A DNA stretch of 64,000 nucleotides from Gammaproteobacteria bacterium (GCA_029863125.1 JAOTWB010000001.1:79605-143604); one strand, 5' to 3'. Positions 41,441 to 51,504 are shown, counted from the first letter of the stretch. Notes: generated by a model not told the origin, from the letters alone. Numbers and translations: made by a program.

Positions 41441-42354
41441 AGCAGTTGCCTTTTGTTATCCAATGCGCGAAACAGGCCGACGATAAGCCCCCCGGCAATC
41501 AAATCCCATACGCCCCATACGGCAGCGATCGCCGCGGCGCCGCCCAGCCCTTTCAGCTGACTCACAAGAATAACAAGAGCGAGCCCCGAATTCTGAATGC
41601 CGATCTCAAATGTAAGTGCCCTGCGCGTTGCCCGAACGCGCGAGAGAACCAGTCCGGCGCCCGCACCTAAAGCGAACGCAACGGCATTGTGGATCACGAC
41701 GAGGAAACCTAGAAGCGACAAGACTGGAAACAGGATGTCCAGGAAGTAGACGATGCCGTAGATGATGACGCCGAGCAGCACCGAGCTCCCGAGTAACGTA
41801 GTACGCCGCCGAATTCGCGCCGCCACGTCCGGCGCCCGTGCTGCGACCGTCATTCCCAGCACCAGCGGCACGGCCAGCAGAAAGGTCGTTTGCGCCAGGA
41901 ACAGGAACGGACTGACATCCAGCGTTTTCAAAAGCGTCGACGTGGGCTCGTAGGTATGCGACCAGAAAAGGATTGACGCCGGGGTCAACAGGGCGGCCAG
42001 CATGCTCGATGCCGCGGTAAGGGCGACCGATATAGCGACGCTGCCGCGGGACAGATACGTCATCAGGTTTGACACCGCGCCGCCCGGACAGCAGGCGACG
42101 ACAATCATCCCTAGGGCGACGGATGCGGGCGGTGCAATGATGAGAATAAGCAGGTAGGTAACAAATGGCAGGACAAGCACTTGCGCAAACACGCCTCCCA
42201 GGAACAGCAGGGGCTTGTCCAGGAGGAAGCGAAAATCATCGACGCGCAGCCCGAGCGCGACGCTGAACATGACGATCATGAGCGCCAGGGCGACGCCCGT
42301 CTGCCCGATCGGATCGAGGACTATACGCAGGCTGTCGAGCTCGTTTACGTCCAT
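41419..42354 (-). CDS. bile acid:Na+ symporter (BASS) family transporter
   Basis: 311 aa, polytopic, with the motif VVACCPGGAVSNLMTYLSRG. Confidence 0.75.
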   Translation of the reverse strand: MDVNELDSLRIVLDPIGQTGVALALMIVMFSVALGLRVDDFRFLLDKPLLFLGGVFAQVLVLPFVTYLLILIIAPPASVALGMIVVACCPGGAVSNLMTYLSRGSVAISVALTAASSMLAALLTPASILFWSHTYEPTSTLLKTLDVSPFLFLAQTTFLLAVPLVLGMTVAARAPDVAARIRRRTTLLGSSVLLGVIIYGIVYFLDILFPVLSLLGFLVVIHNAVAFALGAGAGLVLSRVRATRRALTFEIGIQNSGLALVILVSQLKGLGGAAAIAAVWGVWDLIAGGLIVGLFRALDNKRQLLWQTGQK

Positions 42355-42490
42355 GTTTTCAACAACTTGTGTCTCCCGCGAAATTAAGGCTTTACGGCCG
42401 GTTTCGCCTGCCGCGTGACCGCATCAAAGGGCTTGCGCCCATAGTGACATAGGCATAACGTGATTGAACGACCAACGCCGGAGAGAACCT

Positions 42491-43213
42491 ATGAAGAGGC
42501 GAAGATTTTTCAGATTAGCGGCGCTATCAACCTCGATTCTAATGTTGTCCGGCTGTGTCGTATCCAGCAACGTACAGCAAATCGATCGGCTCGAGTCAGT
42601 TGGCGAGAATCCGCGTATCGTCATGATGCCACCTGATGTGAAGTATTACCTGTTGACGGCGTCCGGCGTTCCGGAGCCTAACGTCGAATGGACCACTGCA
42701 GCCCGCGAGAACTTCCGCGCGGCGATGACGGACTATGCTGCTTCGATCGGTACGGATCTCGTCTTTGTCGGCAGTGACAGCCTGAGCGAGGACGAGATAC
42801 GGTATGAAGCCCTGCACTCGGCAGTCGGCAGCTCGCTGCTGAATCATCACTTCGGCATGATGAAGCTCCCCAGCAAGAACGGCAAGTTCGACTGGTCATT
42901 GGGGCCCGATATTGCGTCGATCGGCGAAGACCACGATGCTGACTACGCGTTGTTTGTTTACTACCGCGACTACCAGGCTTCGGGCGGCCGGGTTGCCCTG
43001 GCGGTCCTCGCCGCCGCGGTCGGCGCAGGGGTCGCGACCGGTTCGGAACATGGCTTCGCTTCACTGGTCGATCTCAAATCGGGTGACATCGTGTGGTTCA
43101 ACGTCGTTAATGCCGGCGCTGGCGAGCTGCGGAACAAGGATGGCGCCGTTACTGCCGTGCGCACGCTCTTCAAAGATATTCCGACCTCCCGAGTTCGTGA
43201 CGCGCAACAATGA
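42491..43213 (+). CDS. hypothetical lipoprotein
   Basis: The ATG at 42491 follows GGAGAG (the track start at 42464 is a TTG). The signal peptide plus lipobox is MKRRRFFRLAALSTSILMLSGC. Confidence 0.6.
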   Translation: MKRRRFFRLAALSTSILMLSGCVVSSNVQQIDRLESVGENPRIVMMPPDVKYYLLTASGVPEPNVEWTTAARENFRAAMTDYAASIGTDLVFVGSDSLSEDEIRYEALHSAVGSSLLNHHFGMMKLPSKNGKFDWSLGPDIASIGEDHDADYALFVYYRDYQASGGRVALAVLAAAVGAGVATGSEHGFASLVDLKSGDIVWFNVVNAGAGELRNKDGAVTAVRTLFKDIPTSRVRDAQQ

Positions 43214-44379
43214 GCCAGGTTCGTCGTGTCGTCCTGTTGACTGTGCTGCTGGTCTGCTGGCCCGCATACAGCGCCACGGACGAGACGCTTGATCACAGGA
43301 TTCCGCCGGGGTACGAACCAGTCCAGGCAGAGGACGAGCTGGGACTCTGGATGGAAATGCACGAATACGAACAGCGCCTCAGGAATTCTGCCCTGCTCAT
43401 CAGGGATCCGGACCTGAACGACTATCTTCAGGAAATCCTTTGCAAGGTTGCGGCGGCGTATTGCGGCGACTTTCGGGTTTACCTGATCCGTAATCCGGAC
43501 TTCAATGCATCTATGACGGCAACAGGCATGATGCAGATCTGGACAGGCCTCATTGTCCGCGCAAATTCGACGGACGAAATTGCAGCCGTTATTGGTCACG
43601 AAATCTCGCATTACACGCTGCTGCACTCACTCGAGACGCTTCGAGCGCTAAAGAAACGACTGGCGACCGGCACGTTCGTCGATATCGCGTTAATACTTGC
43701 AACCGGATATGGCACCGGGCTCGGGCAAACAATGGCTGCCCTGAGCGTAATGTCCTTCAGCCGTGAACAGGAAACGGAAGCCGATCTTCTTGGCGTTCGT
43801 TTGCTCGCCGAGGCCGCGTATAACCCTCACGCCTCTTACGGAATCTGGGAAAAGATTATTGCCGAAGAGGAAGCGGCCGAGGTCAAACGCGACAAGCCCG
43901 GTGCATTTTCAAAAACTCACCCGGACGCCAGGCTTCGCGCGGCGTACCTCAAGGACGTTGTCACGGCCCGCCATGGACCGCCCGATGCCGAGCAGACGCC
44001 CGACGGGCGCCTGTTAGGCATTCTCAACAATAACTACATGCTGTTGATGGAAGACCAGCTCGATACCAATCGCTTTGGCCGCACCAAGGAATTGCTCGAA
44101 CGCCATGCTGCGCTGGGCGTCGAGCCGAGCCTCGTCCGCTTTTTTTATGGCGAGATGTTCCGGCAACGCGGCAAGGAAGGTGACAGGGATCTCGCCAGGA
44201 GCGCCTATCTGCATTCGATCGAAGGAGGCAAGGCGCCGGCGGCAGCCTATAGCAACCTCGGCTACCTGTATATCAAAGACGGCGACACGGACAGCGCAAG
44301 AACCTATTTCGCCAAATACCTGGAAATCGACCCGGACGCCTCGGATCGGGAGATGATCGAGTTTTACCTGGAGGATTAA
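43210..44379 (+). CDS. M48-family zinc metallopeptidase with C-terminal TPR
   Basis: Signal peptide, HEISHY (HExxH) with the downstream EADLLG Glu, and TPR-like text AYSNLGYLYIKDGDTDSARTYFAKYLEIDP. ATGA overlap with the upstream gene. Confidence 0.8.
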   Translation: MSQVRRVVLLTVLLVCWPAYSATDETLDHRIPPGYEPVQAEDELGLWMEMHEYEQRLRNSALLIRDPDLNDYLQEILCKVAAAYCGDFRVYLIRNPDFNASMTATGMMQIWTGLIVRANSTDEIAAVIGHEISHYTLLHSLETLRALKKRLATGTFVDIALILATGYGTGLGQTMAALSVMSFSREQETEADLLGVRLLAEAAYNPHASYGIWEKIIAEEEAAEVKRDKPGAFSKTHPDARLRAAYLKDVVTARHGPPDAEQTPDGRLLGILNNNYMLLMEDQLDTNRFGRTKELLERHAALGVEPSLVRFFYGEMFRQRGKEGDRDLARSAYLHSIEGGKAPAAAYSNLGYLYIKDGDTDSARTYFAKYLEIDPDASDREMIEFYLED

Positions 44380-44381
44380 TC

Positions 44382-45008
44382 GTGATGATCTATCGAACCT
44401 CAATGCTCGTCTTGTTGGCCGTCATCACCTCAGGATGTGCGGCCACCGGATATACGCTTGTCGAACCAGGCGCGAGAGCTCTCGAAGGTCTGCAGGTCAA
44501 CGCCACCGGCGGCTGGAACCAGGCGCCATTAATGCACGCGCCCTCGATGCGCAAAGGTGCGGCGCTGTGGACACACGACGGCCCGCTGCTCGACCAGCTG
44601 ATCATCATCCCCGGGGTTGCCGACGGCGAACCGCTCATGAAGAGCTCGAGCAAAACCGCTGCGCCGCCGCTTTTCAGGAAAGACATGCTGCCGAACGAAA
44701 TCCAGGAGCTGACCGAGTCCACGCTGGTCAAGTACTTTGGCGAAGGCAGCTCGGTAGTGACGACCAGGAACCTGCGGCCACACCGCTTCGGAGAGTATCG
44801 CGGCATGATGTTCGATTTCGACGCAACCCTGTCCGACAATCCCGACTACCGGGGAACGGCGGGAGCGTTTGTCGCCAACGAAAAGCTCTACATGTTGTTT
44901 TTCCTTGGCGCGATGCCGTACTACTTCGACAAGCATTCAGCGGCCGCTACTTCGGTCATCCAGAGCGCCATGTTGGCCAGCGGTAGCAGTACGCCCGTTA
45001 CGAACTAG
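44382..45008 (+). CDS. hypothetical lipoprotein
   Basis: GTG at 44382 or ATG at 44385, following GGAGGA. Lipobox ITSGC. Confidence 0.6.
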   Translation: MMIYRTSMLVLLAVITSGCAATGYTLVEPGARALEGLQVNATGGWNQAPLMHAPSMRKGAALWTHDGPLLDQLIIIPGVADGEPLMKSSSKTAAPPLFRKDMLPNEIQELTESTLVKYFGEGSSVVTTRNLRPHRFGEYRGMMFDFDATLSDNPDYRGTAGAFVANEKLYMLFFLGAMPYYFDKHSAAATSVIQSAMLASGSSTPVTN

Positions 45009-45036
45009 AGCGTCACCGCGACCGAGCTTGTACACC

Positions 45037-47166
45037 CTACACGTTCAGTTCAGGCCGGGATGATAGCAATGTTCCCCTGTGCAGCCACAGAACCTCGTGC
45101 GCGGCCTGCAGCACCTGGTCGCTGTGGGTGATTACGATCCGGGTTGCCTCAAGCCGGGAAACAGAATCCACGACACGTTTCTCCAGGCAAGCGTCGAGGC
45201 CGCTGGTCGCCTCATCCAACAACAATATTTTGGGTGAGCGATAAAAGGCGCGCGCGAGCAGGACGCGCTGTATTTGCCCCTTGGACAGTGACGAGCCCAG
45301 GTCGCAGACACGCGTTTCATAGGCCATTGGCAGCGATTCGATTTCTGCATCGATGCACGCTCGTTCCGCAGCCTGCCGAATTCGCCCGAAATCCACGTTG
45401 CCTTCGAACAGCGCGATATTCTGAGCAATAGAGCCTTTTAACAGGCAGTCTTCCTGAAACACGGTCGCCATTTCCGTGCGCAGGCTGCGCGTGCCCCAGT
45501 CCTTGACCGCCATTCCTCCCACCAGCACTTCGCCGACGGCCAGCGGCTCTACGCCGGCGATAAGCCTGAGGAGCGTACTTTTGCCCGATCCCGAGCAGCC
45601 GGCAATGGCCGTGAAGCCATTCACCGGGATGCGGCACGAGCAGTCTTTGAGAACCCACGAATCGTTGGCCGCATAGCGAAACGCAACGTTCCTCAACTCG
45701 ATTTCAAGAACGGCGTCGGAAGGCGCTTTCCTGCCGCAGCCGTCGTGCTCCTCGTCATTGAAGACGATATCCGCCAGCCTGTTCAGGGGCACGTCGAGTA
45801 GCCGGTACTCGATCACCCGATCAACGATGCCGCCAGCTCGCGACATGAACATCCCGAGGTAGGCGACAAAAGCAGAGATCATGCCGATACTCATGCGACC
45901 GTCCAGGCCTCGTCGAGCAAGCAGGTAAACAACCGCGACGCGAAGTCCCTGAAACAGCAGTTGGCCAAACGCGCTGTCGACAATCAGGACATTACCGGCC
46001 CTGATTTTTTGGTTAAGGCCGTTGGCAAACAGGTTTCGCCATTCCGACTGCCTCGCCGCCCCGCCGTTTGCCATCTTGATCGTTTGCACGGCGCGCAACG
46101 TCTCCAGGAAGTGCGTCTGCACGGAGGATTCGGAGAGCGAGATATCGTTGGATAGCCGAAGCCTGAGCGGCAGCAAGGACGCACGCCACAGACTCCAGAC
46201 AATTACGGCGACGATGGCAAGAGCCGTGAGACCTGGCTCGTACATGGCCATCAGTCCTGTGATCAACACGATGAACAACACGTCGAGCACCAATGCTGGC
46301 GCCGAATACACGATGAAATCCTGTACTCGCCTGAGAGACTGGATGCGATGCTGCACGTCGCCAAGGTCGCGGCTCCGAAAGTAGTCCAGCGGCAAACGCA
46401 GCAGCTTGTGCAGTACCCGGGCCGTCAGGTCGAATACGGAAACCTGGCTGAGATACTGAAAAGTCAGCTGCCGCATCGAGTTGGCAACTACCTGAAACAC
46501 GAGCAGCACGCCAAAACCAACGGCCAGGACGTTCAGCAACAGGTAGTCGCCTTTGCCGAGGACCTGATCGATCACGGTCTGGAGATAGAAAGGAGAAGCC
46601 AGGACAAGCAATTCGCAGATCAATGCAAGCGCCAGTCCGGCTGACAGTTTGCTGACGATACCCCTGTCCAAAGACATCATTGCGCCCAGCGTGAGCTTTG
46701 GCGACCGACGGCCTTTCCTGAAATGAGGGCCTCGCGATATTTCCAGCGCGATGCCGGTGAATGCCTCTTCTGCACGTTTGTAAGAATCTTTTACGAGCCC
46801 GCGCGCCGGATCATGAATGACGAGATGGTCGCTACGAGCCGCTTTCAACACGACGAAATGATTGAAACCCCAGTGCAGCAAGCACGGCGTTCGCAGGCGG
46901 CGTAACTCTGACACGCGACACGTCACTGCGCGCGTCGATAGTCGAAGTGCGTCACAGATTGCCGTGATGTTCCTCAGCGTGGCGCCTTTCAGGGACGTCG
47001 GATGCTGTCGCCGAAGTGCTACGAGGTCGACACCGGCCCCGAGGTAGTTTGCGATCATTGCAATACAGGTCAACCCGCACTCGGTCGCTGTGGTTTGTCG
47101 GATGATCGGAAGCCGAGGCGTTCCACTCATTCGCAGATAGGGCCGCCTGGGGGTTTCGGCACGCAC
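45037..47166 (-). CDS. peptidase-C39-domain ABC transporter (bacteriocin/peptide exporter, CvaB-like)
   Basis: C39 residues are QTTATECGLTCIAMIANYLG (Gln and Cys) and NHFVVL...IHDP (His). There are six TM helices. Walker A GCSGSGKST, signature LSKGQIQRVLLARAF, Walker B ILLLDEATSGLD. The start is the GTG at 47166 abutting the HlyD stop; the ATG at 47130 is an alternative. Confidence 0.85.
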   Translation of the reverse strand: MRAETPRRPYLRMSGTPRLPIIRQTTATECGLTCIAMIANYLGAGVDLVALRRQHPTSLKGATLRNITAICDALRLSTRAVTCRVSELRRLRTPCLLHWGFNHFVVLKAARSDHLVIHDPARGLVKDSYKRAEEAFTGIALEISRGPHFRKGRRSPKLTLGAMMSLDRGIVSKLSAGLALALICELLVLASPFYLQTVIDQVLGKGDYLLLNVLAVGFGVLLVFQVVANSMRQLTFQYLSQVSVFDLTARVLHKLLRLPLDYFRSRDLGDVQHRIQSLRRVQDFIVYSAPALVLDVLFIVLITGLMAMYEPGLTALAIVAVIVWSLWRASLLPLRLRLSNDISLSESSVQTHFLETLRAVQTIKMANGGAARQSEWRNLFANGLNQKIRAGNVLIVDSAFGQLLFQGLRVAVVYLLARRGLDGRMSIGMISAFVAYLGMFMSRAGGIVDRVIEYRLLDVPLNRLADIVFNDEEHDGCGRKAPSDAVLEIELRNVAFRYAANDSWVLKDCSCRIPVNGFTAIAGCSGSGKSTLLRLIAGVEPLAVGEVLVGGMAVKDWGTRSLRTEMATVFQEDCLLKGSIAQNIALFEGNVDFGRIRQAAERACIDAEIESLPMAYETRVCDLGSSLSKGQIQRVLLARAFYRSPKILLLDEATSGLDACLEKRVVDSVSRLEATRIVITHSDQVLQAAHEVLWLHRGTLLSSRPELNV

Positions 47167-48471
47167 CTACGCAGCATCTCGTTGCCGGAGCCTGAGTGGC
47201 TCGAGCAGCCAGTCGAGCAGGCTTCGGCTTTCGAGAATGATCTCGGCAGCGAGCAGCATCCCTGGCCTCAGGGGCGCATTGCCCGACTTTAAAACAACAA
47301 AGTCACTGTCGATCGCGATGTGCACCTTGAATGTCGCCTCTCGCAAAAGAAAGGTCTGGGGTACCTCTGATGGCATCAGGATGAATTCGGAGACGCTTTG
47401 CACTTTGCCGGCAAACGTCCCGAACTGTTGCAGCGGGAACGCATCGTACATCAGCCGTGCACGCTGTCCAGGCCTGATGAATCCGATCGCACTGGAAGGA
47501 ACGAACACTTCGGCAACCATTGTCATGTTCTCAGGGAGAACGGTTGCCAGCAGCTGGTTTGGCAATACGGCGTTACCCTCATGAATCTCGAGAGATGCCA
47601 GCCTTCCGCTAATCGGTGACTTGAGCACAACGCGTCGCGTGGATTCCTGTTCGGTAATTTCCTGCAGCAGCTGCGACCGCTGTGACATCAGGCTGGAAAT
47701 CAAACGCTCGGTTTCGACAGGCAGGCTCCGGTCCCGTGCCATTAATTCCTCACGCTCACGCTCGAGCGCCATTTCGCTTTGCTGCATTGCGCCGAACGCC
47801 TGCTTCAGAACGATTCGTTCATCTTCCTGGCGCAACACTTCCCACTGGGTCGCAGCACCGTTCCGGGCGGCCGACTTGAGCAGCGTCAGCTTCTCCCGCG
47901 CCGAAGTGAGCCGCCGCTGCTGCTCGATCATCTGGCGCGACAGAGCGCCACGCTCCTGCTCCAGGCCCTGCAGCTGGGTCGCAACGGCGTCGCGCTCGAT
48001 GGCGGCTTGGGCCCGGACCAGCGCAGCCTGCCGATCGAGCGCCGCGACCTGCTGCCTGAGCTCCAGCAGCATTTCATCGCTCGAACTGCGGCCGTCCTCG
48101 AGAAACGTGTCTCGCGACAGGTAAATGACTGGGTCGCCAGCGCGAACCGACTCGCCCGGTTTCGTTGCGATGCTGTCGACGATGCCGGCAACGTTATGCG
48201 TGATGCGCGCTACGCCATCGCGCGAGACCAGCCAGCCACGGATGGTTTCTTTGCGGGCATACTCGGCCGTCGCCAGGAACAGTGCGGCGATAGCCGCAAA
48301 CACAACGATGAGGCCACTCAACCATATCCACGGTTTCGGCATGACGGAGATCGGCCTGCCGAACGGGCGCTTCGATAAAGCGCTGATCGCCTTTCGTCGA
48401 AATAGCGTTTCTGAATAGAGCCTTGTCACGCCTCTATTCGTAGGGCAGCCGGGGCCTGACTGCAAAGTCAA
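47167..48471 (-). CDS. HlyD-family membrane fusion/secretion protein (CvaA-like)
   Basis: N-terminal LFRRKAISALSKRPFG is followed by a TM, a long coiled coil and a C-terminal beta domain. The start is uncertain: the track start is a TTG at 48471, and an in-frame GTG lies 14 codons downstream. Confidence 0.8.
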   Translation of the reverse strand: MTLQSGPGCPTNRGVTRLYSETLFRRKAISALSKRPFGRPISVMPKPWIWLSGLIVVFAAIAALFLATAEYARKETIRGWLVSRDGVARITHNVAGIVDSIATKPGESVRAGDPVIYLSRDTFLEDGRSSSDEMLLELRQQVAALDRQAALVRAQAAIERDAVATQLQGLEQERGALSRQMIEQQRRLTSAREKLTLLKSAARNGAATQWEVLRQEDERIVLKQAFGAMQQSEMALEREREELMARDRSLPVETERLISSLMSQRSQLLQEITEQESTRRVVLKSPISGRLASLEIHEGNAVLPNQLLATVLPENMTMVAEVFVPSSAIGFIRPGQRARLMYDAFPLQQFGTFAGKVQSVSEFILMPSEVPQTFLLREATFKVHIAIDSDFVVLKSGNAPLRPGMLLAAEIILESRSLLDWLLEPLRLRQRDAA

Positions 48472-48545
48472 TTAACGCGCTAAAAACCCAGAAAGTGTGA
48501 GCGCATCGTTCTCTCGCCGTTCAACGAGACGCTTCTTCCGCCCGA

Positions 48546-48959
48546 TCACTCTCCACCCGTCGGATCATCGATGAAGCGCTGGCGAAGCTCATCACCCGGT
48601 ATCCAGCATTCGGCTTTCTTGCCAAACCACTTGTACCGCCGGTTGCCAATGAAGTCGTAAACCGGGTCGGCAATGAACTTTGGCACCCAGAAAAATGCGT
48701 AGTAGAGCAGCGGCCACGCGCCATCCAGTCGCCTGACGATCTGCAGCGCGGCACGCGATTTCCTATACAGCGTGTCATCGATGATCAGCAGCACCGAGCT
48801 CAGATCGTCAAAGACGTATTGATGACTAGCGAGCAGTTCCTGCGCCGCGGCCGACTGCAGGGACGCGAAGCGAAACTGCTTGTTCGTGTCCCGGCGAACA
48901 ACGAAATGGACCGTGCTTTCGCACAGGTTGCATACACCGTCGAACAGGATAATGGGCAT
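48546..48959 (-). CDS. DCC-family (DUF393) thiol-disulfide oxidoreductase
   Basis: MPIILFDGVCNLCESTVHFVVRRD contains the CxxC motif. The ATG at 48959 lies 1 nt after the upstream stop. Confidence 0.75.
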   Translation of the reverse strand: MPIILFDGVCNLCESTVHFVVRRDTNKQFRFASLQSAAAQELLASHQYVFDDLSSVLLIIDDTLYRKSRAALQIVRRLDGAWPLLYYAFFWVPKFIADPVYDFIGNRRYKWFGKKAECWIPGDELRQRFIDDPTGGE

Positions 48960-48960
48960 A

Positions 48961-50397
48961 TCAGTGCCTGCACCGCTTCGGCTGCGCATCGTCCACCAAC
49001 CTGAACGACATGTACTTGCGTTCGAGCCAGGACTGCTCGGTGAAGTGCTCGTTTACGAATGCCGTGAAATTGGTCGGATTGTCGAGCTTGTAAATAGCGT
49101 CATCGATACGCAGCGTCAGCGGCAAAGCAAGTCGATCCCGATACATGAAGTGGCGTTGAAAATCGAACATCACCATTCCCTGCCCCTGTTCGCTGAGCTC
49201 CTGCAGGTTGGGGGCCGTTGCCTGCTCCACGTAAACGACCTTGTCCTGGTAGGAGAACAGGGGAATAGGCTCACGAATGACGTAGTGGTTGGAGATGCCA
49301 CCTTCAGTTCGAAGCCCACTGAACATCGTCAGCGCACCCCCCGTGCCGAGACCGATATACGGGCTCGCGCAATGCAGAAAATACCAAATCGACAGCAGAT
49401 TCAAACCTAAAACGGGAGATTTCAGACGGTACGGCGCGTCCCCCGGGCGCATCTGGCCATACTTTAAGACCGTAAACATCAGCACGACCGCGAACAGGGC
49501 GAACAGGCTGTTGACCAGGAAGCCGTCCCGGGTGATTCCAAGATGCAGGGCAAACGCGACTTGCAGCGTGACAAGCAGTATCGTTACAACGCGAAAATTG
49601 GCGGCATTTTTGAGTACTTTTGGAACAAGCCGTTCGCCGTAGATTCGTTGACCAAATCCGGACGGCAAGAAAAGCGCGTGCATTGCGAGCGCATACGCCG
49701 AAAAATGCGCGAGCGTCCCGTACCCGGAAATGCCAATAATAAAATGGAAAGACATGCCCAGGAGCATGCCGAAGTACTTTGTGCGCGTCGAAAGCAATAG
49801 CAGCATCGCGATCGCTTCCAGGAACAACGTTCCATAAATTGCAGCGTATTCCATCCACCCGGACCCCAGGAATTCACGCAGGATCGGGACGCCCGTAACG
49901 AAGGGCGGCGCACAGCTGGAATCAAGGCTCAAAAAGCCGGGGTTGATCTTATGAAACGTGCCGTAGAAATACATGATGACGAGCAGCCAGCGGCCGACCG
50001 GGCTGAACAGGGCAAACATCTCGTCGAGAGATACGGCGAAGGTGCGGCGTTTTACGGCCAGGTAAAGAAAAGCGCCCAGGATGCTCAGGTTGAGAAATAA
50101 CTCCATCACCAGGTGATCGGCGACGTACGGGACGCGCAGACCGATGGCGATCAGATGTGCAACACACATCACCATTACGGCCAAGGTCTTGCTCGGGTAG
50201 CAGGCGGCGATGAACGCGGAGACGATGGACAAGGCGATCAGCGGCGTGACCAGCGGATCGTAGCGGAACCAGTAGTCGCCGATTTCGAGTCCCGATGACG
50301 TGTAGTGCCAGATTGCCGATACGGCAAAAAGCCACACAAAAACGGCCGCGTGGCTCGCGCCAGGCCTGTTTTCCGGGTCGGACTGCAGTGCCGTCAT
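48961..50397 (-). CDS. polytopic membrane protein, HTTM (vitamin-K-carboxylase-like)-type (tentative)
   Basis: 478 aa with at least eight hydrophobic helices and a soluble C-terminal domain of about 130 aa. The segment MFSGLRTEGGISNH reminds me of HTTM-family text. The family call is unverified. Confidence 0.45.
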   Translation of the reverse strand: MTALQSDPENRPGASHAAVFVWLFAVSAIWHYTSSGLEIGDYWFRYDPLVTPLIALSIVSAFIAACYPSKTLAVMVMCVAHLIAIGLRVPYVADHLVMELFLNLSILGAFLYLAVKRRTFAVSLDEMFALFSPVGRWLLVIMYFYGTFHKINPGFLSLDSSCAPPFVTGVPILREFLGSGWMEYAAIYGTLFLEAIAMLLLLSTRTKYFGMLLGMSFHFIIGISGYGTLAHFSAYALAMHALFLPSGFGQRIYGERLVPKVLKNAANFRVVTILLVTLQVAFALHLGITRDGFLVNSLFALFAVVLMFTVLKYGQMRPGDAPYRLKSPVLGLNLLSIWYFLHCASPYIGLGTGGALTMFSGLRTEGGISNHYVIREPIPLFSYQDKVVYVEQATAPNLQELSEQGQGMVMFDFQRHFMYRDRLALPLTLRIDDAIYKLDNPTNFTAFVNEHFTEQSWLERKYMSFRLVDDAQPKRCRH

Positions 50398-50532
50398 GCC
50401 GCGAGCCTACCTCTTTGTGCCTGCCGTCGCTAATTGTCGTCGGGGACCCATAGATCCCAATTGAATACCGGTATAACCAGACCATCTCGCCAGGTCATTG
50501 CTCATTCTGTTCGGCTATATAGACTCAGACCG

Positions 50533-51504
50533 ATGAACGCGCGCGTCGAAGAAATCTACCGGTGCGACGAGCAGGTCTTTGACAGCATCGCTGACCTGAT
50601 TCCGAGCCCCGAAAACCCGACGCCCATGCTGAGGCTGGGCGAGCGCTTCAATCCGCATGCGGACTACGAGGTCCTGCTGAAGCTGGAGGGCATGAACCCG
50701 TTCGGTTCGATCAAGGACCGCACCGCGCTGTACATGCTGCAGGGCCTGCACCTGAAAGAAGGGCAGTCGCTCGTTGAACCCTCTGCCGGCAACACCGGCA
50801 TCGCGCTGGCCGCCCTAGCTAACGCCCGCAACACGCCGATCGAGATAGCCCTGCCGGAAGGCGCGCCGGAAGAGAAAAAGGCGCTGCTGCGCTTTCTGGG
50901 CGCCGAACTGATCGAGGTCGAGGACGAGCTGTGCCCGATATTTCCATCCGAGGGCGCTCGCGGCGTCGTCAAGAGCATGGTCGAAAGCGAGGCTTATGAC
51001 GGCAAGTACGTCAGCCCCAATCAGTACGAAAGTGAGCTCAACGTCGCCGCCCACTACCACACGACAGGTCCTGAAATCTGGCGCCAGACGGGCGGCAACA
51101 TCGATTACTTCTTCGCCAGCATCGGCACCGGCGGCACGATCAGCGGCGTCGGACGCTATCTCAAGGAACAGAACCCGGCCATCCGCATCATCGGCGTCGA
51201 ACCCGCAAGTCGCCAGCATCAACTGTCAGGGTTGAAACGGATAACGGGGTTGCCCGACGAGTATTTTCCGAAAATACTCGATCGCGACCTCCTGGATGAC
51301 CTCATTTCAGTGAGCGACGACGACGCTTTCAAGGCCGGCATCAGGCTGGCGCGCACCGACGGCGCGATGGTCGGCCCGACAACGGGCGCGGTTCTTCACG
51401 CGGCGATCGAAATGGGCGCGACCAACAAAGGCCGCGCCGTGCTGATTTCCGCCGACAGTGCGACCAAGTACATCTCGGCCTACGCAAAGTACCTCGAAAG
51501 CTGA
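50533..51504 (+). CDS. cysteine synthase-family PLP-dependent enzyme (CysK/CysM/SbnA-like)
   Basis: KLEGMNPFGSIKDRTALYML contains the PLP Lys. Other motifs are EPSAGNTGIALA and IGTGGTISGVGRYLKE. The ATG at 50533 is preferred over the track start at 50434. Confidence 0.8.
   Translation: MNARVEEIYRCDEQVFDSIADLIPSPENPTPMLRLGERFNPHADYEVLLKLEGMNPFGSIKDRTALYMLQGLHLKEGQSLVEPSAGNTGIALAALANARNTPIEIALPEGAPEEKKALLRFLGAELIEVEDELCPIFPSEGARGVVKSMVESEAYDGKYVSPNQYESELNVAAHYHTTGPEIWRQTGGNIDYFFASIGTGGTISGVGRYLKEQNPAIRIIGVEPASRQHQLSGLKRITGLPDEYFPKILDRDLLDDLISVSDDDAFKAGIRLARTDGAMVGPTTGAVLHAAIEMGATNKGRAVLISADSATKYISAYAKYLES

Noticed and set aside
48472-48545. Search for a hidden double-glycine precursor peptide ORF in the gaps around the C39 exporter operon (also 45009..45036 and 50398..50532).
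   Set aside because: Manual translation gives nothing longer than 8 codons with a start codon, and no GG-leader-like sequence.
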